Below, piece after piece: positions 61,567-64,000 of a DNA stretch of 64,000 nt. The DNA is from an uncultured Candidatus Saccharibacteria bacterium. Lineage in GTDB: Bacteria; Patescibacteriota; Saccharimonadia; Saccharimonadales; UBA7683. The notes beneath the pieces are model-generated. The model was not told the origin of the DNA, searched no databases, and worked only from the letters and a program-made list of their open reading frames with translations. The stretch covers positions 14,839 through 78,838 of the forward strand of contig CAYNKQ010000003.1 of assembly GCA_964397855.1 (NCBI GenBank). Reading direction: 5' to 3'. The stretch's first letter is position 1. The number at the start of each line of letters is the position of its first letter. Position numbers and translations under genes: made by a program.

Positions 61567-64000
61567 ATGAGTGCGTCATCAGAACGTGTTGATTTGGATT
61601 TAGCTGTGCCAGAGACAGGCTTAATCAAGGCTGCTCAAGAACTCATGACAGGTTTGTTTAATCCAGAGGGTGGATTTTTAAATGTGCGGAGTGCCTTAGT
61701 TACTCGATTATACGAAATGGTTCCACCCGAGGAGTTCATGGTCGGTGGGCCATTGGCAAAAATGATTGATAACGAACTATTACCGTTCCAGACTGATGGT
61801 ACACATTGGAATGATCAACCACTGAGTGATGAGATTTTTGCCCAACTGTATGATTCGCGGTTGCCGACTATTGGGCTGAGAGCCGACTTCTTTCCCTCAG
61901 CTTCGTTATATGCACTTGCTGCAGCAAAATTGAAAGAAGAGGGCAGCGCTGTTTCAAATGTTATTCTTTTACCGCCAGGCCCCTACTCAGTAGAGCGCTT
62001 GGATAGACGTAATCTATTTGCTGGTCGTGGTTGGATGGTTGATGCTAACGGTGCTCTTTACGGTGGTGAATTTCCTGGGTGGGTTCCAATAAATCTCGTA
62101 ACTGACCAAGAACGACTGCTTGATCATCGTGTGCGTGGCGGCATGGCTAAGCGGACATATGTGGTTGAAGGCACAGCGCAGGCTACAATACTTGCCGATA
62201 AAACCAAGGCAGACACCTATCTTAATGGTGCGCAACCAAAGTGTTTAGCGGTGACAGGTTTTGGGCCAGACACAAAAGTATTGGTTGAAGAGTTACTGTC
62301 ACAACATGGTTCTCTTGTAGTGAAGCCTATAAAAGGCAAGGCTGGAATTGGTGTAATCGTACTTAACCAAAACACTTCAACTACTGACCACCTCCTAGAG
62401 CAGCTTGAGATGGCATATCTACCTGGTGAGGAGTTGGTTATTGAAGAACGTATACCATGCTTACCCCTTTACGACACACAGTTTGATATACACTACGATT
62501 GGAACATTCGGGTACTTGCAATTGGAGGCTCAGTGGTTGGACACTATGCTCGAGTTGGTAAAAAAGATGTGCCAATAAATATGCACCAAGGGGCTGTTGC
62601 GAAGAGCACGTATGACGCACTGTGCATGGCAGGTATTTCATCTGATGAGATTGACTCCATAATAAACAAACTCGAAGATCAGTCAAACGAGATGGCGAAG
62701 GCAGTAGGTCAGGTGGTCATCGGTGGAGATGTAATTATAACTCCTGATCATGAAATTCGCTGGGTTGAGCTTAACGGCAGTAATTCCGGGGGTTTGAGTA
62801 ATATTATCAACACAGGTTACGATCAAGACAAGCTTGAGCCTGCCAAAAAAGCCTTGAAGCTACTGACCAGTATGGCTTCCCTGCGTATTAGAAAGGGAAG
62901 GTTGAAGCAGGGGGTGCCAAGACCCCAGCAACTAGACGAACTCTTGATCGAATTTGTTCATGCCAGTTTTACTACAGAAAACCCTTCCGCAGAGCTTGAA
63001 TATGCGCACAAGGTATTGAGTAGGCTCGGCTCTACTGCGCTTCGTGGCAATGAAGAGGTGGGCTGGTTTATTCAGTGGTATGAATCTACGCAGCAGTACC
63101 CCAGCGCCGTTGCCACGACAGAAACCAGGGTGCTGACAGTTGAAACTGCCGACCGTCACTTCAAGGAAGGCGCTCGAGAACTCGGCTCGCTTGTACTACA
63201 CAAACTCGCGGCCGCAGAGCCATATAGTCGGAATCATCAAGCAAGAGTATACAGAGCTTACCCCGGTGAGCCAAAAGATATTCTTTTTGAAGATATGGCT
63301 GGCAACAGGGCTATCGCCGCCGCAGCAGCGGCCAAACTATACGATTATCTCACCGAATATGTTGGCGATGCCCGCCATGCAAGCTTTGCTGGCATGGTTT
63401 TGTTTCGTTCTGTCTTAACAGAGGTATTGTTGAAACAACCTCAAGAACGAATACTCTTTGATACTGGCTCTTTTCGTGAGCAACTCAGCAGTTTACCCGA
63501 AGGCGATCTTGCATTACTTGAACCAAGCTTTGTATTTATTGAAGCACTGCGTGCCATACACACCGAAGACATAGAAACGCTTATTCAGACAATTGATCAA
63601 ATGAATGTTGGCGACGAACCAGATGAAGGTGCACTTGACCACTTAGCAACGGTCATAAGTACCTCTAGATTATCACTAACAAAAAAGAGCGTTGCTAACT
63701 GCGCTTTAAATATGAAACTTGAATATTTATCGGGTGCGTTACTGTTTTATATCGGAGGTGTAGAAAGTGGTTTACTTGATTCGATTAAAGATCGACTGGT
63801 TCCTTCACTCGCCGAAGCACTCGGAATCACCGACGAACAATGCACGAAACTCTTGCAGAGACCACGTGATGGTTATCAAGTCCGGTATGAAGGAGCCTCG
63901 ACGCAAGCTCTGCCGATATCTTCTGCTGCAGAACTATTACTGAGCGCCATAGACCTCTACCACCAGGGTAAACACACAGAATCGTTAGGAGCACTTGGTA
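61567..64000 (+). CDS. Large multidomain protein with a central ATP-grasp (RimK-like) domain; 3' end outside the window
   Basis: My own translation shows an open frame from the ATG at 61567 to the window end (more than 810 codons). It is absent from the ORF track because it has no stop. ATP-grasp-like blocks: LVVKPIKGKAGIGVIVL, VIEERIP...YDWNIRVLAIGG, GGDVIITPDHEIRWVELNGSNSGG. Confidence 0.72.
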   Translation, partial: MSASSERVDLDLAVPETGLIKAAQELMTGLFNPEGGFLNVRSALVTRLYEMVPPEEFMVGGPLAKMIDNELLPFQTDGTHWNDQPLSDEIFAQLYDSRLPTIGLRADFFPSASLYALAAAKLKEEGSAVSNVILLPPGPYSVERLDRRNLFAGRGWMVDANGALYGGEFPGWVPINLVTDQERLLDHRVRGGMAKRTYVVEGTAQATILADKTKADTYLNGAQPKCLAVTGFGPDTKVLVEELLSQHGSLVVKPIKGKAGIGVIVLNQNTSTTDHLLEQLEMAYLPGEELVIEERIPCLPLYDTQFDIHYDWNIRVLAIGGSVVGHYARVGKKDVPINMHQGAVAKSTYDALCMAGISSDEIDSIINKLEDQSNEMAKAVGQVVIGGDVIITPDHEIRWVELNGSNSGGLSNIINTGYDQDKLEPAKKALKLLTSMASLRIRKGRLKQGVPRPQQLDELLIEFVHASFTTENPSAELEYAHKVLSRLGSTALRGNEEVGWFIQWYESTQQYPSAVATTETRVLTVETADRHFKEGARELGSLVLHKLAAAEPYSRNHQARVYRAYPGEPKDILFEDMAGNRAIAAAAAAKLYDYLTEYVGDARHASFAGMVLFRSVLTEVLLKQPQERILFDTGSFREQLSSLPEGDLALLEPSFVFIEALRAIHTEDIETLIQTIDQMNVGDEPDEGALDHLATVISTSRLSLTKKSVANCALNMKLEYLSGALLFYIGGVESGLLDSIKDRLVPSLAEALGITDEQCTKLLQRPRDGYQVRYEGASTQALPISSAAELLLSAIDLYHQGKHTESLGALG

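Noticed and set aside
1-64000. CRISPR arrays, rRNA genes and tRNA genes
   Set aside because: I found no regularly spaced direct repeats, no rRNA-like conserved blocks and no cloverleaf-compatible sequences in any intergenic region. A tRNAscan or Infernal run would be needed to exclude these formally.

Overview
This is a gene-dense, moderately AT-rich bacterial chromosome segment. Its housekeeping content and order look like a reduced-genome Patescibacteria / Candidatus Saccharibacteria-type organism, but that assignment is an inference from gene content and no search was run. The genes supporting it are ftsZ-nrdR-nrdJ, ileS, rplU, parAB, lepB, an LCP protein, htrA, prmC-prfA, rpmE, rpsB-tsf-frr-uppS-rseP, proS, greA, lysS-lysA, serS, hpf and secA, with almost no biosynthetic genes. 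Bases 1 to about 49,300 are core genome. That part contains a T-box-like leader before a GNAT-ileS operon, a LysRS fused to an AlaX-like editing domain, a two-copy ~230-260 bp dispersed element and short CTAAGNN heptamer repeats. Two accessory regions follow. (1) At 49.3-51.9 kb, between hpf and secA, lies a visibly GC-rich, apparently foreign 607-codon membrane-protein gene. It is driven by a perfect consensus sigma-70 promoter and followed by a row of hairpins and a complete type III hammerhead ribozyme motif. (2) At 54,536-60,098 lies a 5.56-kb element bounded by perfect 28-bp terminal inverted repeats and an 8-bp target-site duplication. It encodes an IS1595-type transposase and a replication-relaxation family protein. 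It also carries a complete diversity-generating retroelement (DGR): a target gene with variable repeat (VR), avd, a reverse transcriptase (RT) and a template repeat (TR). All 16 TR/VR differences fall at TR adenines, and the RT is encoded antisense to TR, VR and avd. Downstream are a pentapeptide-repeat protein and a large ATP-grasp-domain ORF that runs off the window. I found no rRNA, tRNA or CRISPR array.
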